50,444 nucleotides of DNA from Chiloscyllium plagiosum (GCF_004010195.1 NC_057718.1:12570121-12620564); one strand, 5' to 3'; shown: positions 10,343 to 23,189, numbered from the stretch's first letter. Numbers and translations are program-made. Notes: generated from the letters alone by a model not told the origin.

Positions 10343-11560
10343 CATAGAACATAGAACATTACAGCGCAGTACAGGTCCTTCGGCCCTCGATGTTGCGCCA
10401 CCCTATCATACTGATCTGAAGCCCATCCCACCTACACTATTCCATGTACTTCCATATGCCTGTCCAATGATGACTTAAATGCACTTAAACTTGGTGAATC
10501 TACTACCATTGCAGGCAAAGCATTCCATACCCTTACTACTCTCTGAGTAAAGAAACTACCTCTGACATCTGTCTTATACCTATCTCCTCTCACTTTAAAG
10601 TTGTGTCCCCTCATGTTTGCTGTTCCCATACTTGGAAAAAGGCTCTCCCTGTCCACCTTATCTAACCCCCTGATTATCTTGTATGTCTCTATTAAGTCAC
10701 CTCTCAACCTTCTTCTCTCTAAACAAGAACAGCCTCAAGGCCCTCAGCTTTTCCTCATAAGACATTCCTTCCATATTAGGCAACATCCTAGTAAATCTCC
10801 TCTGCACCCTTTCCAAAGCTTCCATATCCTTCTTATAATGCAGTGACCAGAACTGTACACAATACTCCAAGTGTGGCTGTACCAGAGCTTTGTACAGCTG
10901 CAGCATAACCTCCTGGTTCCGGAACTCAATCCTTCTATTAATAAAGGCCAAAACACTGTATGCCTTCTTAACAACCCTGTCAATCTGGGTGGCAACTTTC
11001 AGGGACCTGTGTACATGGACACAGAGGTCTCTCTGCTCATCTACACTCCCAAGAATCNNNNNNNNNNNNNNNNNNNNNNNNNNNNNNNNNNNNNNNNNNN
11101 NNNNNNNNNNNNNNNNNNNNNNNNNNNNNNNNNNNNNNNNNNNNNNNNNNNNNNNNNNNNNNNNNNNNNNNNNNNNNNNNNNNNNNNNNNNNNNNNNNNN
11201 NNNNNNNNNNNNNNNNNNNNNNNNNNNNNNNNNNNNNNNNNNNNNNNNNNNNNNNNNNNNNNNNNNNNNNNNNNNNNNNNNNNNNNNNNNNNNNNNNNNN
11301 NNNNNNNNNNNNNNNNNNNNNNNNNNNNNNNNNNNNTCTCATCTACCTGTTTGGTCACTTTGTCAAAAAAGTCAATAAGATTCGTTAGGCACGACCTACC
11401 CTTCACAAAACCATGCTGACTGTCCCTGATCAGATTATTCTTTTCTAGATAGTTATAAATCCTATCTCTTATAACCTTTTCCAACACTTTACTAACAACT
11501 GAAGTGAGACTCACTGGTCTGTAATTACCAGTGTTGTCTCTACTACCCTTTTTGAACAAA
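10343..11560 (-). mobile_element. CR1 LINE (RT to 3' tail), nested in another CR1 3' end
   Basis: FKKGSRDNTGNYRPVSLTS...QHGFVKGRSCLTNL; LYKALVQPHLEYCVQFWS; (ttctatg)n tail at about 10343-10360. Confidence 0.93.
11058..11335. other. Assembly gap (N)
   Basis: Run of N. Confidence 1.
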
Positions 11561-12439
11561 GACGTTGACTGCAGTGAGCCTGATGTGATTTGAACAGGCA
11601 ACCTGCTGATTTGGAGTCAGATACGCTACTGTTGCACCACAAACTCACAAAGATAAGATTAAAGACAAGGGTCTTTTCCCTCGGGTGGGGGAGTTCTAAA
11701 CTAGGGGACATCTTTTTAAAGTGAGGGGAAAGATTTAAAAAGGACACTGGGGCAACTTTCTTTACACAGAGAGTGGTTTGTATGTGGAATGAACTGCCAG
11801 AGGAAGTGGTGGTGGATTCAGTTGTAGTTACAACATTTAAAAGACATTTGGATAAATACAAGAATAGGAAAGGTTTGGAGAGATATGGGCCAAATGTAAG
11901 CAAAAGGGACTATTTAGTTTAGGAACGTGTTCGGCATGGACTAATTGGACCAGAAGGTCTGTTTTCATGCTCTGTGACTCTGAGATGGCTCACCACCACC
12001 TTTTTGAGGGCAATTAGGGATGGGCAAGAAATGCTGACCTTATCAATGCCTCTCACCTTCTCAAAAATAAATAAAATGATACATCACCATTCTATTTCGC
12101 AACAGGCTAGAGGATTGGGTTAAGATGTCAGTCTGGATTTTGCGCTGTAAGCTCTTAAGTGAAGTCTTGAACCCACTACCTTCCAACTCTGAAGCAAGCC
12201 TGATGGGCATTGAGCTGAAACTATCATGGCATGGTCAACCCTCAATGAATGGCCCTCTTAATGCTTCCCTGCAATGTTTACACAGGCCTGACCACCCTCC
12301 CAATGGGGGTGATGGGCTTCATTTAAAGAATCAGAATTTATCTTTGGGTTCAACTGGTAACATTGTGAGGAAGAAGACAACATGATCATGTAGATAGCAT
12401 GAATCACATCGAGACAGTTTGAGCAGAATATTGATTATA

Positions 12440-12760
12440 GCATATGTGTCTTTTTTTAATGAAAGGAAAATTGTGGTTTGATGCAAATGCTCAGACAGAA
12501 ATAGTCAAGAGAGAACAATTCTTTTGATTAATCAACCTTCAAAGCTGTAATGATGGAAAAACAATGAATTACCATCCACTTCTGGGCTATTAATAGAACT
12601 GTTTGCTCTGTCTAATGTAATTATCCGTTATTAGAGTTACCAGTGTCCCATTTACTGTTCATCTGGCATTTATTACCATTAAATACTGCGTCAAACCCAG
12701 ACAAACAGCAGTGGTTTTCAACAGAAGTTGAAAGGCATTTTTTTCTGAAGGTCTGGAGTC
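12440..12760. promoter_or_regulatory. Candidate enhancer (repeat-free; octamer, MEF2 and homeodomain motifs)
   Basis: ATGCAAAT 12481-12488, palindrome TTGATTAATCAA 12524-12535, MEF2 consensus CTATTAATAG 12587-12596, several TAAT cores. Confidence 0.35.
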
Positions 12761-13461
12761 TGCAAAGTTAGTGAGGCAGAGTAACAGAAGAGACATGAAG
12801 GAAAGTTGCCTGGTGTCGAGGTGAAGGAAAAGTGTTCCCGGGACTGAGCATTACTTTTGTTCATTCATCCATTGTGCAAGTGGTGGCTTCTTGGCAGCAG
12901 CTCTCGGCCCCACTCCCCGCTGTGGAGAGCTGTCTGCCAACAGAAAAGCAGCTCCTCTCTCTCGCTTTTCTGCCTTTGTCCTGCCGACGTTGCTGACTGT
13001 CTCTGTTTGTCCAGCTTCCCGATATGAAGCCAGATAAGAAAAAAGCAGCTGTGCGCCGTTGAAATAGCCACACTTCAGGACAATAAGAATATTACTGTGA
13101 GGGAAGAGGGAGTGTGCTGGGACGGCAGGGGTTTGGCAGAACGCTGCGAGATGGGGGGAGTGGACTGTAACTTTAATCAACATACAAAAGTCCTTTGTTC
13201 CCCGATTTGATTTAACAAGGGTTTATTCCCTTCAGCACTAGTAATGTGTTCATGTTGTGCGTTTTCTATGTTTATGTTCTAGTTTCCCTCCTGTGAGAGG
13301 TGAATGCTGGGGTTGCCTACTCTCGACAACTGGTGTGGAAGGAATCTCTCGGAACTGAAAATCAATCTTCTGTGTGCAACCCTGGAAAGAAACCATCAGG
13401 ACAGAGAAAAAAGATTTTGCCATTTTCTATCTTTTTTCCCCTTCAACAGATATAAACATAT

Positions 13462-13655
13462 TGAAACAGAAATTGCTGGAGAAACTCAGCAGTTGTAGCA
13501 CAAAGCAGAGAGAATACAGAATTAAACATTTAAAGTCCAGTATGATCCTTCATCAGAAGCGTCCTAACCACAGATGCTGCCAGACCTGCTGAGTTTCTCC
13601 AGTCATTTCTGTTTTTGTTTCAGATCTCCAGCATCCACAGTTCATTGTTTTATTT
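13462..13655. mobile_element. Old inverted pair of PLE-type terminal repeats
   Basis: gaaattgctggagaaactcagcag... and ...ctgctgagtttctccagtcatttc are inverted; residual CTGATGA on the minus strand near 13550. Confidence 0.65.
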
Positions 13656-13869
13656 GTATACGTATTGAAAATGGGGACAAAAAGGCTTTTTGGCCAACAG
13701 GCAAGCATTAGTCATTTTGTTTTCCAATTGGTTTAGGAAGACAGTGCATCACAAGGAGCAATGTGTCGGCAGACCAATGGCTGCAGCATTGGGGAGTGTC
13801 ATGTGATTAAACCTCCAGGAATATATCTAATCCCAGTTGGCAACCCTAGTGGGAGTTTACATGTTAAAA

Positions 13870-14020
13870 AAAATCTTGAATTTATACAGTACTTTCCATG
13901 GCTTCAGGGGATCCCAAAGTGCTTTACAGTCAGGAAGTACTTTTTCTTTGGCGTGTAGTCATTGTTTTGATGTAAGAAAAAATCCAGCCAATTTGCTCAC
14001 TGCAAAATACCACAAACACT
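13870..14020 (-). mobile_element. DeuSINE 3' fragment
   Basis: Reverse complement of the ...gcaaattggctg...aagtacttc...ctgtaaagcactttggga...tgtataaat tail typical of Deu-domain SINEs. Confidence 0.65.
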
Positions 14021-14049
14021 CTGGTAATGGGGCACTGACTGTCCACTTA

Positions 14050-14155
14050 AGTCATAGAGATGTACAGCACAGAAACAGACCCTTCTGTCCAACCCGTCCA
14101 TGCCAACCAGATATCCCAACCCAATCTAGTCCCATCTGCCAGCACCTGGCCCATG
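14050..14155 (-). mobile_element. CR1 3' UTR tail
   Basis: Reverse complement matches the CR1 tail at 30480-30580. Confidence 0.75.
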
Positions 14156-14349
14156 TCGGATATTCCACTCCTTTCATACTGAGTTGAGAGAGTCAGATGA
14201 GGAGGTTTAAGGAAGGTGTGGAGGTCAAAGCCAGGAATCGTGACATTCACAGTTATAAACTGAGCAAGCCACATTAAGGCAGGTAACTCTGTAGAAGTAA
14301 GAAAGATACAATAGCTACTGAGACCACCGATACTTACATCCCCAATAGC

Positions 14350-14932
14350 ATTATCAGACTTCACCTCCACCTGCAGCTAATCTCCTCCTGAAACTCATCC
14401 CTCTCGACTCACCTATTACAGTACACTCCAGGCTGGTTTCCCAAATTCTACCGTCTGTAAACTTGAAATCATCCAAAATTCTGCTCTTGTTGTGCCAAAT
14501 TATGTCTGCTAATCACTTTATGCTCATTGACCTGCACTGGCTCCAGGCAAGCAATATCTTGATTTTAAAAGTCTCATCCCTGTTTTCAAATCCCTCATGG
14601 TCTCGCCCTCCCTATTTCTGTAATCCCCTCCAAATCTATAATCCTGCAAGATTTCTGCACTCCTCTTAGTCTAGAGCATTCTGAATTTTATCAATCTTGA
14701 CAGCCATGCCTTCAGTTTTCTTGACATTACCATCTGGAGTTCCTTCCCTACCCCTTTTCACCTCACTTTCCTCCTTTAAGACATGATTTAAACCCCACCT
14801 TGGCCAAACACTTGGTCACCCATCCTCACATTCACCCTACGTGGTTCAATGTTATATTTTGTTTTATAATGATAAGCATCTTTGGCTATTTTACTAAACT
14901 AAAGGCACTTACAAATGCGAGTTGTTGTTGTG
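14350..14932 (+). mobile_element. Old L2-type LINE 3' part
   Basis: Degenerate LEIIQNSA...LHWL segment and an L2-like tail aaaggcacttacaaatgcgagttgttgttg. Confidence 0.65.
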
Positions 14933-15294
14933 CAAACAGGGAGAAAGGGAGGGGGTAAGCCAAGGGACGGGAGACTGAAATATAGTCCCACTGCAGAAAG
15001 ACTAACATCAAAAGTGATTGAGGGCTCCAAAGATTGCCACTTATCCAGTTAGTCATTCAGTTATTATAAACAAAGTGCATATTTGTAATTTAAATCCATT
15101 TTCGCATGCTGGCAATAATAAATGTGACCACAAATAACGAGAAATTCTTTCAAAGCAGGTGATTCTGGTGGAAAGAAACAAGAGCAACTTCATAAACAAA
15201 CAACTGCTGTTTAATAAAGGAGCTTTGGACACAACAACTACATGAACAACAAGGTTTGACTCACTGCCAATGCTGAATTAGCTGTTCCCAGCTT

Positions 15295-15905
15295 TTTTCA
15301 TTCATTCATAGGGTGAAAACATTGCTGGCATCAATGCCAACATTCATTGCCATGCCTAATTGCCCTTGAGATGGTAAGAGTGAGCCACCTTCATTAACCA
15401 CTGCACCCCTTGGAGTGTAGGGACAGCCACAATATTGTTAGGAAGGGAATTCCAAGATTTTGACCGAGTGACAATAAAGTAATGACAAAATGTTTCCAAG
15501 TCATGATGGTATGTGGCTTGAAGGGAAATCTAAATGTGGTGGTGCTCATATGATTTTGCTATCCTTGTTCTTCTAGCTATTAGTGGTTGTGGGTTTAGAA
15601 GATCCTGCTGAAGCAATCTTTGTGAGTTGCTGCAGTACATTTTGTAGACAGTCACATTGCTGTTGTTGTATGTTGGTGGTGGATGAAGTAAGTGTTTAAG
15701 GGGTTGCTGATCAAACCGGCTGCTTTCTCCTGTTAAATGTCTCAAGTATTGATGGAGCAGCGACGGCCCAGTAAGTGGGGGGGGGCATTCCATCACATTT
15801 CTGATTTGCACCTTGGAGCAGCAGGACATGCTTTGGGGAGTCTAGGATTGGGGGTGAGTTATTCCCTCCAGAATTCTCAGTCTCTTACCTGCTCTTGTCA
15901 CACCA
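15295..15905 (-). mobile_element. Old CR1-like LINE 3' part
   Basis: The minus strand has KMYCSNSQRLLQQDLLNPQPL and ends in the gggcaattagg...aatgttggc tail shared with old SINEs. Confidence 0.65.
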
Positions 15906-16399
15906 CCCAGTGAGGTGGAGGGTGGGCAGGTTGGGGTGTAGTGGGGTGTGTATTTGGGACTTCACATTTCACTGCTCCTCTGCTTATCACTTGCTGATAT
16001 GTTGATTCCCCCAGAAGAAAGTGAATATGTATTAAACCCCAAAGAAAAAGAAAAATCAACACTGACTTTGAAGCACCCTACGGTGTGCAAGCCAGTTCAT
16101 ACTCACTATCTTGAAACAGAAAAGAGAAAGGTATACATGACTAGGATACTGGATTAGTGCTTTCAGTGGTGAGTCAACATAGGAGGAGAGGACAGAGAGG
16201 GACTTAAAGACTTGGTGTAACTGGCAAATGAGTTGGTACTCAGATGAGCTGTTACACAACAGGCTGTTCAGGTCCATAATACAAGGCATAGAAACAAATT
16301 CAAGGCTGACTTTCAAAAGGGAATTGGATAAATCACAAATGCTAAAAGATTGCAGAGGGAAGAGCTGGCATTAATGATAATGATCGTCAAATGGCCTTT

Positions 16400-16625
16400 A
16401 TTCTTCACTTTTTCATCAGATGCGGACATTACTAGAAAGGCCAACATTTGTTGCCCATCCCTGACAGTGATTTTTCAGGCCATTTCAGAGGGCAGTTAGG
16501 AGTTGACCACAATGCTACTGGGTCACCATTACTAAGGGCACTAGTCTTCAATTCCAAAACTTATTTTTGTTAATTAACTGAATTCAAATTCCACCAGGTG
16601 CTGTACTAAGATTTGAACTCATGAT
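16400..16625 (-). mobile_element. Old tRNA-headed SINE remnant
   Basis: Reverse complement of gagttcaaatc...ggtggaatttgaattc...tgccctctgaaatggcc...agggatgggcaac. Confidence 0.55.
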
Positions 16626-17759
16626 ACCACCTTCTGTACTGCAAGTGATTTCACAAAGGGTAACATAATAAACTAAGAGGAGAAAAAACACAAATGAGAT
16701 GTTTTCCCAAGACAGTGCACAGGTACTGCTGCTCTATTGGGCTACCTGATTTTTATTTTCCCAGCGATATCTGTGAGAACTCCCCCATCGCTACCCCCAC
16801 TCCAACTCCCCAGCCACTTGAGTCTTTAAGTGCCATGGCCAGCGCTTTCATTTTCTTGCAGGAGATTATTGATGAGTTTTTAATCCCCATAAACTATGCT
16901 GATTGTGGTCAGCTCGATAAATCTCCAATGCCTTGACAGGCAAACGACAGGGTCTAGTGCTTTACAGAGGGGTCTGTGAGCGATATTCCTTCTGTTGCAC
17001 TTTTCCTGTTCAAAGATACAAACCCACTTATTATGAGCTGGGTGGGCCAGACCTTGACAATTTGATCTTCTCTCTGATTTTATTGTGTCAACCTCCTATT
17101 TTCTGATGACTATCAATAGTAATTTTTCAAGTGATGACTGGACACATTTCAAGTCTGCTCAGATTATGGTAGTTTCTTGTGTCCTGTTAAAGGTCAATGC
17201 TTTTGTTGTTTGCCTCGCATTGTATGTAGAATTCATTGACTCTTACAGCATGGAAGGAGGCCATTCTTCCCACTGTACCTCTGCTAACATTTTCAAAGAG
17301 CTTCTTTCCTGTAGTCTTGCAATTCCCCACCCTACACCCAACACCCTCAAGTATTTCAACAATTGTTTTTGGGAAAATTCTATTAAGTCTATAGAAATGG
17401 AAATGATAACTTTGCCTTATTTTCATAGAAAAAAATGTCATTGTTTTCCATTAATATCTTTTAGAATCCCTTACCATGCACTGAACTTCCGAGAAACGCA
17501 ACAACTGTTTACAAAATAAAATGGCTGCCATGTCTCCTAGATCAAGATCCCACAGAAAGAGAAATATAATTCTTGGTGGAATTGGGAACTCAACTGTGTC
17601 AGGTTTGTTTTCCGCCACACAGCCACAGGAAATTCTGGTGTGAGTGCATAACTAGCTCCAAAAAAGACATGGGTACCTTTCTCTACGCTGAGTTGTGGCT
17701 GCTTGTGACATGGGCAGTAACCATTTACGTTGATGATGGCAAGTGTTTCGAGCCTGACA

Positions 17760-18065
17760 ATGTCCTGCAGCCCTACAACCCTCAAAGAACTCTAGCCCTC
17801 CCATTTCCTGGGTCTCTCACATCGCTGATTTTCATCCCTCAGCAGAGGCAGCCATCCCTTCAACTGCCTGGGACCCAAGTTCTGAAATACCCCCACTTCA
17901 AACCTCTCTGCCTTCTATCTTCCTTTAGAATATTCCTTAAAACGCTCTGACCAAGCTTCTGTTCTGATAGTTTCTTCCATGGCTTTGTGTTAAATGTCTG
18001 ACTGAATATATTCCTCTGAAACACCTAGGGAGCCTTTAACAACAACAACAACGATATAAATGCAA
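17760..18065 (+). mobile_element. Old L2-type 3' fragment
   Basis: Similar to 14630-14930; ends in cgatataaatgcaa. Confidence 0.45.
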
Positions 18066-18114
18066 TCCTATTCCTCCTGGCTTCACATTAATATGATGTT
18101 TTGGAAGTAACATT

Positions 18115-18350
18115 TCTAGTAACAATGTGCCACAGCAACTCACCATGGCTCCTTCAACAGTGCCTTAAAACCCCATAACCTCTACTACCTAGAAGATCAA
18201 AAGCAGCAGATACACATGGGAACAATTTCATCTTCAAATTCCCCTCCAAGCCTCACCTATCCTTCACTGTCACAGGGTCATAATGCTGGACCTCCCTTCC
18301 TAACAGCACCATGGGTGTATTTGCACCAAATGCACTACAGCAGTTCAGTA
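18115..18350 (+). mobile_element. Old CR1-like 3' fragment
   Basis: cagcaactcaccatggctccttcaacag...gcagcagatacacatgggaac is homologous to the 15295-15905 element. Confidence 0.55.
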
Positions 18351-18547
18351 TCATCTAGGCTGCAGGAGAGTCTGGAAAAACTGAAGTGGAAACTAACCTG
18401 GCACACACCTCAGTTTCTGGGCACGGGGAATAACCCACAGTTTAAAACCTTCTCACCCACACTTAACACCCAAGGAACTCTTGAAACTCAATCCCATTTC
18501 ATCCCCACCTCCACCTTGGCTCCCAGTTTGTTAAACCTCAGGGCTTT

Positions 18548-20620
18548 ATGGAACCATACAGCACAGAAGAGATCCTTCAGCCTATCCACACCAACCTATT
18601 TACACCAGCCCCAAATTCCAGCAGTTGGCCCACAACCTTTAATATTAAGGCATTTCAAGTGCTCATCCACGTACCTTTTGGTTGTAATGTTTCTCACCTC
18701 CCAGACAGTGCATTCAGATTCCTACCACCTTCTGGGTAAAAAGTTGTTTCCTCAAATTCCATCTGAACCTACCACTTGTCAGTGTAAAATTTTGCCAAAT
18801 GTTTTAAAATTTTTCATTTGAGGAGTAGTTTAGGACTCTGGTCTGTACTCAATAGCATTTACAAGGGTGAGGGAGTTGATCTGATTAAAACTTACGGAAT
18901 CCTGAGAGGCCTAAATACAGTAGGTCTGGAGAAAATGTTTCCACCAATAGGAGAGACTGGGACCTGAGGGGACAGCATCAGAGTGAAGGGACGACCCTTT
19001 GGAACTGAGAAGAAGAGGAATTTCTTCAGCCAACGAGTGGTGAATCTGTGGAGGCTAAGTCATTGAGTGTATTTAAGACAGAGAGAGACAGGTTTTTGAT
19101 TAGTAAGGTGATCAACAGCTACACTGAGAAGGCAGGGTAACAGGGTTGAGAAACATGTCATAGATTTGATGGGCCAACTTACCTAATTATGCTCCTCTAG
19201 CTTATGATCTTCTGCCCCGTGGTTATTGAGCTTACAACTAAGGGGAACAGCTGCTTTCTTTCCACCCTATCTATGCCCCTCATAATCTTAAACCCCTCAA
19301 TCAGCTCCCCCCTCACCCTTCAGCTGTCTCCACTCTAAAGAGAACAACCTATGCCTAACCAGCCTCTCCTCATAGTTAAACTGCTCCAACCTAGGCAACA
19401 TCCTGGTGAACCTCTTGGGCTGACTCTCCAATGCAATCACATCCTTCCTATAGTATGGCGATCAGAACTGCACACAGTACTACAGCTGTGGCCTAACCAA
19501 AGTTTTGTACAGCTCCAACATAACCTGCCTGCTCTCATAATCTATGCCATGCCTGATAAAGGAAGAGTCCATAAACTTCCTAACCTGGCCTGCTGCCTTC
19601 AGGGGTCATGGATAAGTGCCCGAAGATCCTTCTGTTCCTCTGAGCTTCCTTGAGTCCTGCCAATCGTTGTATACTATCTTGTCTTGTTACTTCTTCCAAA
19701 GTGCATCACCTCACACTTTTCAGGCATAAACTCAACCTGCCACTGATCTGTCCAACTAGCCAACCTGTTGATATCTTCCTGTAGCCTCAGATCTTCCTGC
19801 TCACTATTAACCAGCAGGCCAATCCCTGTGTTACCAGCAAATTTATTCATCATCCCCCCAATATGCTCATCTATATTGTTTATATATAATCAAAAAAAAA
19901 GGGACCCAGCACTGATCCAACTGGTTCAATACTGGACACTGGCCTCCAGTCATACAAAAAGCCTTCCACCACCACCCTCTACCACTATGCAAACTTTCAA
20001 ATTATCTGACAAGATACCCGGGATGCCATGTACTTTTACCTCCTTTATCAGTCTCCTATGTGGGACCTTGTTCAAAGGCTTTGTTGAAATCAATATAAAT
20101 TACATCAACTGCACCACCCTCAATACACACCTTATCACCTTCTTAAAAAATTCTATCAAATTTTTTAGGCAAATTACAAAGTCATGCTGACTATCCCTGA
20201 TTGATTGAACCATATTTCTCCATGTAGGGATTAATTCTTTCCTCCAGAATTTCTCCAACTGTTGCCCATCCACTGATATGAGTTACTGGTCTGTAATTCT
20301 CTGGTTTATCATTCTCACCTTCTTAAAAAAGTGGAACCACATTAGCCATCCTTTAATCCTCTGGCACCTACCTGTGGCCAAACAGGAATTAAAAATTTGG
20401 GTCAGATCCCCTGTAATTTCCTCCCTTGCCTCTCACAACAACCTGGGATACAATTCATCCACAACTGGAAATTTGTCCATCATTAAGCCCACCGAAACCT
20501 CCAATACCTACCTCCTCACTCCCTAGGTTAATCTGCTTAAGAACCTCAGTTCCTCTCCTCAAATTTTGAACTTACATCCCCCTTCTCACTTTGAAGATGT
20601 AAGTGCTCATCTACCAAGGT
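18548..20620 (-). mobile_element. Decayed CR1 LINE (RT to 3' end) with a plus-strand CR1 3' end nested at about 18820-19215
   Basis: The reverse complement carries remnants of KAFEQGPT (AFDKVPH-like), LQLYKTLVRPQL and a CR1 3' UTR; the inner copy has its own 3' UTR. Confidence 0.8.
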
Positions 20621-21177
20621 CCTCCAGCTCCACATACAGATTGGTCCCTAGTGAGGCCTAGTCTTTCCCTGGTGTTCCTTTTCCCCTTAATATACTTGAA
20701 CACTCAGAATTCTATTCCTGCTGTTCTGCAAAATTGGTTCATTTGCACCAATGGGCTTATATCACTGGCTGCAGACCTTCTAATTGGCTGCTGTGCTTGC
20801 AAGTCATATTGAAATTTTTTGGGGGGAAAATTCAGGAGTAAATTCCCAATTGAGGAGACCAAAGGTCAAAATTAATTATGTAAGTCTCAGAGAACAGCAG
20901 GTCCACATCTCTAATTATGTCTAGTTCTCCACCAGAGTACTTCCAAAATGTTAAGAGGCACAGAAAGAGGCCATTTAGCTAATCAAACTCTTACCAGTTC
21001 TCTTCAAGAGCAATTTAGCTAGTTCCACCTCATTCATATTCCCATATCCCTGCAAAGTCCACTGTCAGGTAATTGTCCAATTCTCTTTTGAAAGCCACGA
21101 CTGAACCTCCCTCCACTGCACTCCCACACAATACACTGCAGATCTAACCATTCACTGCGTAGTAAAGGATTTTGTGG

Positions 21178-21495
21178 AGTCCCCACAGTGTGGAAGCAGG
21201 CAAATCAGCCATCAAGTCCACACCAATCCTCTGAACAGCACCCCATCCAGACCGACCCCATCCCTGTAATCTTACATATCCCATGGCAAATCCACTGTGG
21301 CTATTCTAAATTGCCCCATACTATCCAATCTACCCACCCAGCACATCTTTGGGCTGTGGGGGAGAAAATGGACACCCAAAGGAAGCCCCACCCTGACACA
21401 AGGAGAATACACAAACTCCACACAGTCGCCTGAGACTGGGATCAAACCCAAGTCTCTGGCAGCAGTACTAACCACCGAGCCACCATGCTGCCCCC
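21178..21495 (-). mobile_element. HE1-type V-SINE (diverged)
   Basis: Reverse complement: gggcagcatggtggctcggtggttag...gactgtgtggagtttgtgtattctcc... Confidence 0.85.
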
Positions 21496-21599
21496 CCCCA
21501 GGTCACCTCTGGTTCTTTTGCAATTGCTTTAAATCAATCTCAACCCATCTGCGAATATAAACAGTTTCTCTCTATCTCCTCTACTTTTCTAATCAACCC

Positions 21600-21695
21600 G
21601 TTCAGAGATGTTATTACACACCTCTGGAGCAGGTGGGCCTTGAGTTCAGGTATCCTGGTCCAGGGATAGGGAAATTACTACTGTGCCACAAGAGT
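21600..21695 (-). mobile_element. Short tRNA-derived SINE
   Basis: Reverse complement ctcttgtggcacagtagtaa...ctgaactcaaggcccacctgctccagaggtgtgtaataacatctctgaa has A/B-box-like remnants. Confidence 0.5.
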
Positions 21696-21700
21696 AGTAT

Positions 21701-22012
21701 GGGCGGCACGGTGGCACAGTGGTTAGCACTGCTGCCTCACAGCGCCTGAGACACGGTTCAATTCCCGCCTCAGGCGACTGACTGTGTAGAGTTTGCACGT
21801 TCTCCCCGTGTTGGCGTGGGTTTCCTCCGGGTGCTCCGGTTTCCTCCCACAGTCCAAAGATGTGCAGGTCAGGTGAATTGGCCATGCTAAATTGCCCATA
21901 GTGTTAGGTAAGGAGTAAATGTAGGGGTATGGGTGGGTTGCGCTTCGGCGGGTCGGTGTGGACTTGTTGGGCCGAAGGGCCTGTTTCCTCACTGTAATGT
22001 AATGTAAAAAAA
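21701..22012 (+). mobile_element. HE1-type V-SINE, young, full length
   Basis: gggcggcacggtggcacagtggttagcactgctgcctcacagcgcc...ggttcaattccc (Pol III A/B boxes), V-domain, CpGs retained, (gtaat)n tail. Confidence 0.95.
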
Positions 22013-22329
22013 AGAGGGACCCTCCCTCTATCTGGACCCATCATGATTTTGAACATCTCTACAAAATCTCCTCTCAATCTTCTCCGCTATGGAGAACAGC
22101 ACAAGCTACTTACTCCACTGTCTGTGTGACTGAAACCTTTCACACTAGTTTCCTGTGTTTTGTCTTCGTAACTTTCCTAAAAATGTGGTGCCCAGAGTTG
22201 GATGCAATTGTTCCACTTTCTATTTCACTTCTGCTCTTGGTGTTTATGGAATGTCACATACGTACACCCAGAAAAACAGGCAGGTGTTTAAACATGCTTG
22301 AATTGAAGCTTACTTTCAGAATATTAACG

Positions 22330-22900
22330 ATTTAACTACTGGAAGAGATAATTAGATGGACTGAGTAAATCGGCCCATGTTATATAGTGTATCACTGCGT
22401 GGACACATTTACTGCTTTCCTCATACAGAGTGCTGTGGCAGCAGCAGAGTAATCGTTGTACGGCCTGACAGTGGCTGAGGGAGGCAGGACGACCTTCCTT
22501 GTGAAGTTGATCGAAGATAGTTTAATGAACTGGCCTGAGAGAGAATGGAGAGGGCAGTTCCTCGCTGCACAGATGGCTTCTTTGTCACCGGTGACACCTG
22601 CCATCTGCTTGTTTGTCTAGATGATGTTGGAGGGGGCAGTGCGGGGACCCAATCTGTTAAGCTGGCTACAACCGGCCCCAGGTGACCCCCTGACCCCTGT
22701 GTCAGACAGGTCCAGGCAGTTTGTTCTCTCAGCCCAGTGTGCTTCTTTTTATGTTTACAGCCTCTCTCTTGGCCTCCGAGTTGCAGCACAGCTGTCGGTG
22801 GTCTCACAGATTGGAGACTTTTGTCAGTATTCTGCATGAGGAACCTTCTGCTACCGAGCTGAATAACTTATTCGGGAGATTTCCAATCCAGGTAATTTTT
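22330..22900. promoter_or_regulatory. Candidate enhancer or conserved non-coding element
   Basis: Repeat-free, GC-richer island with the symmetric motif CAGATGGC-n5-TGTCACCGGTGACA-n3-GCCATCTG (22570-22607). Confidence 0.4.
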
Positions 22901-23189
22901 TTTTCAGACATTGAGGAGTGTCCCATCTGGGTGCTGTGTAAACCAAAGAGAATAAACAGGCCATTTCTAAACAGATTTCAGTACATTTGTGGCTTGTTTG
23001 AAATTCTTCACCACTTTGGTAACTTTAAAAAAAAACATTTTGTAATCCCACAAAGATCTGAGACAGTACCAACATCTGGGAGAGAGCTTTATAATGCAAG
23101 AAAGTGCACTGGATGGGAGGCATTATTTAAACATATTGAATTATGTTTATGTCTTTTAAAATAAACAAAAATGTAGAATGCAATCAAAT

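Larger units (their letters stand above)
10300..11985 (+). mobile_element. CR1 3' end split by the nested CR1 (10300-10342 plus about 11650-11985)
   Basis: gaggagtgaccttattgagatttataaaatc continues at gataagattaaagacaagggtcttttccctcggg and runs into a CR1 3' UTR. Confidence 0.75.
20950..22205 (-). mobile_element. Old CR1 3' part fragmented by SINE insertions
   Basis: CR1 3' UTR remnants at 20950-21170, 21500-21590 and 22030-22205. Confidence 0.55.

Noticed and set aside
10871..11601. ORFs spanning the second gap
   Set aside because: N-gap artefacts within a CR1.
17573..17950. ORF with a signal-peptide-like stretch (MGTFLYAELWLLVTWAVTIY)
   Set aside because: It runs directly into an L2 fragment with no donor site; no homology recognised.
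18216..18821. 201-aa plus-strand ORF
   Set aside because: It crosses boundaries of unrelated repeat fragments and has no recognisable domain.
21701..21780. tRNA-like sequence with A and B boxes
   Set aside because: Head of an HE1 SINE, continuous with the V-domain; not a tRNA gene.
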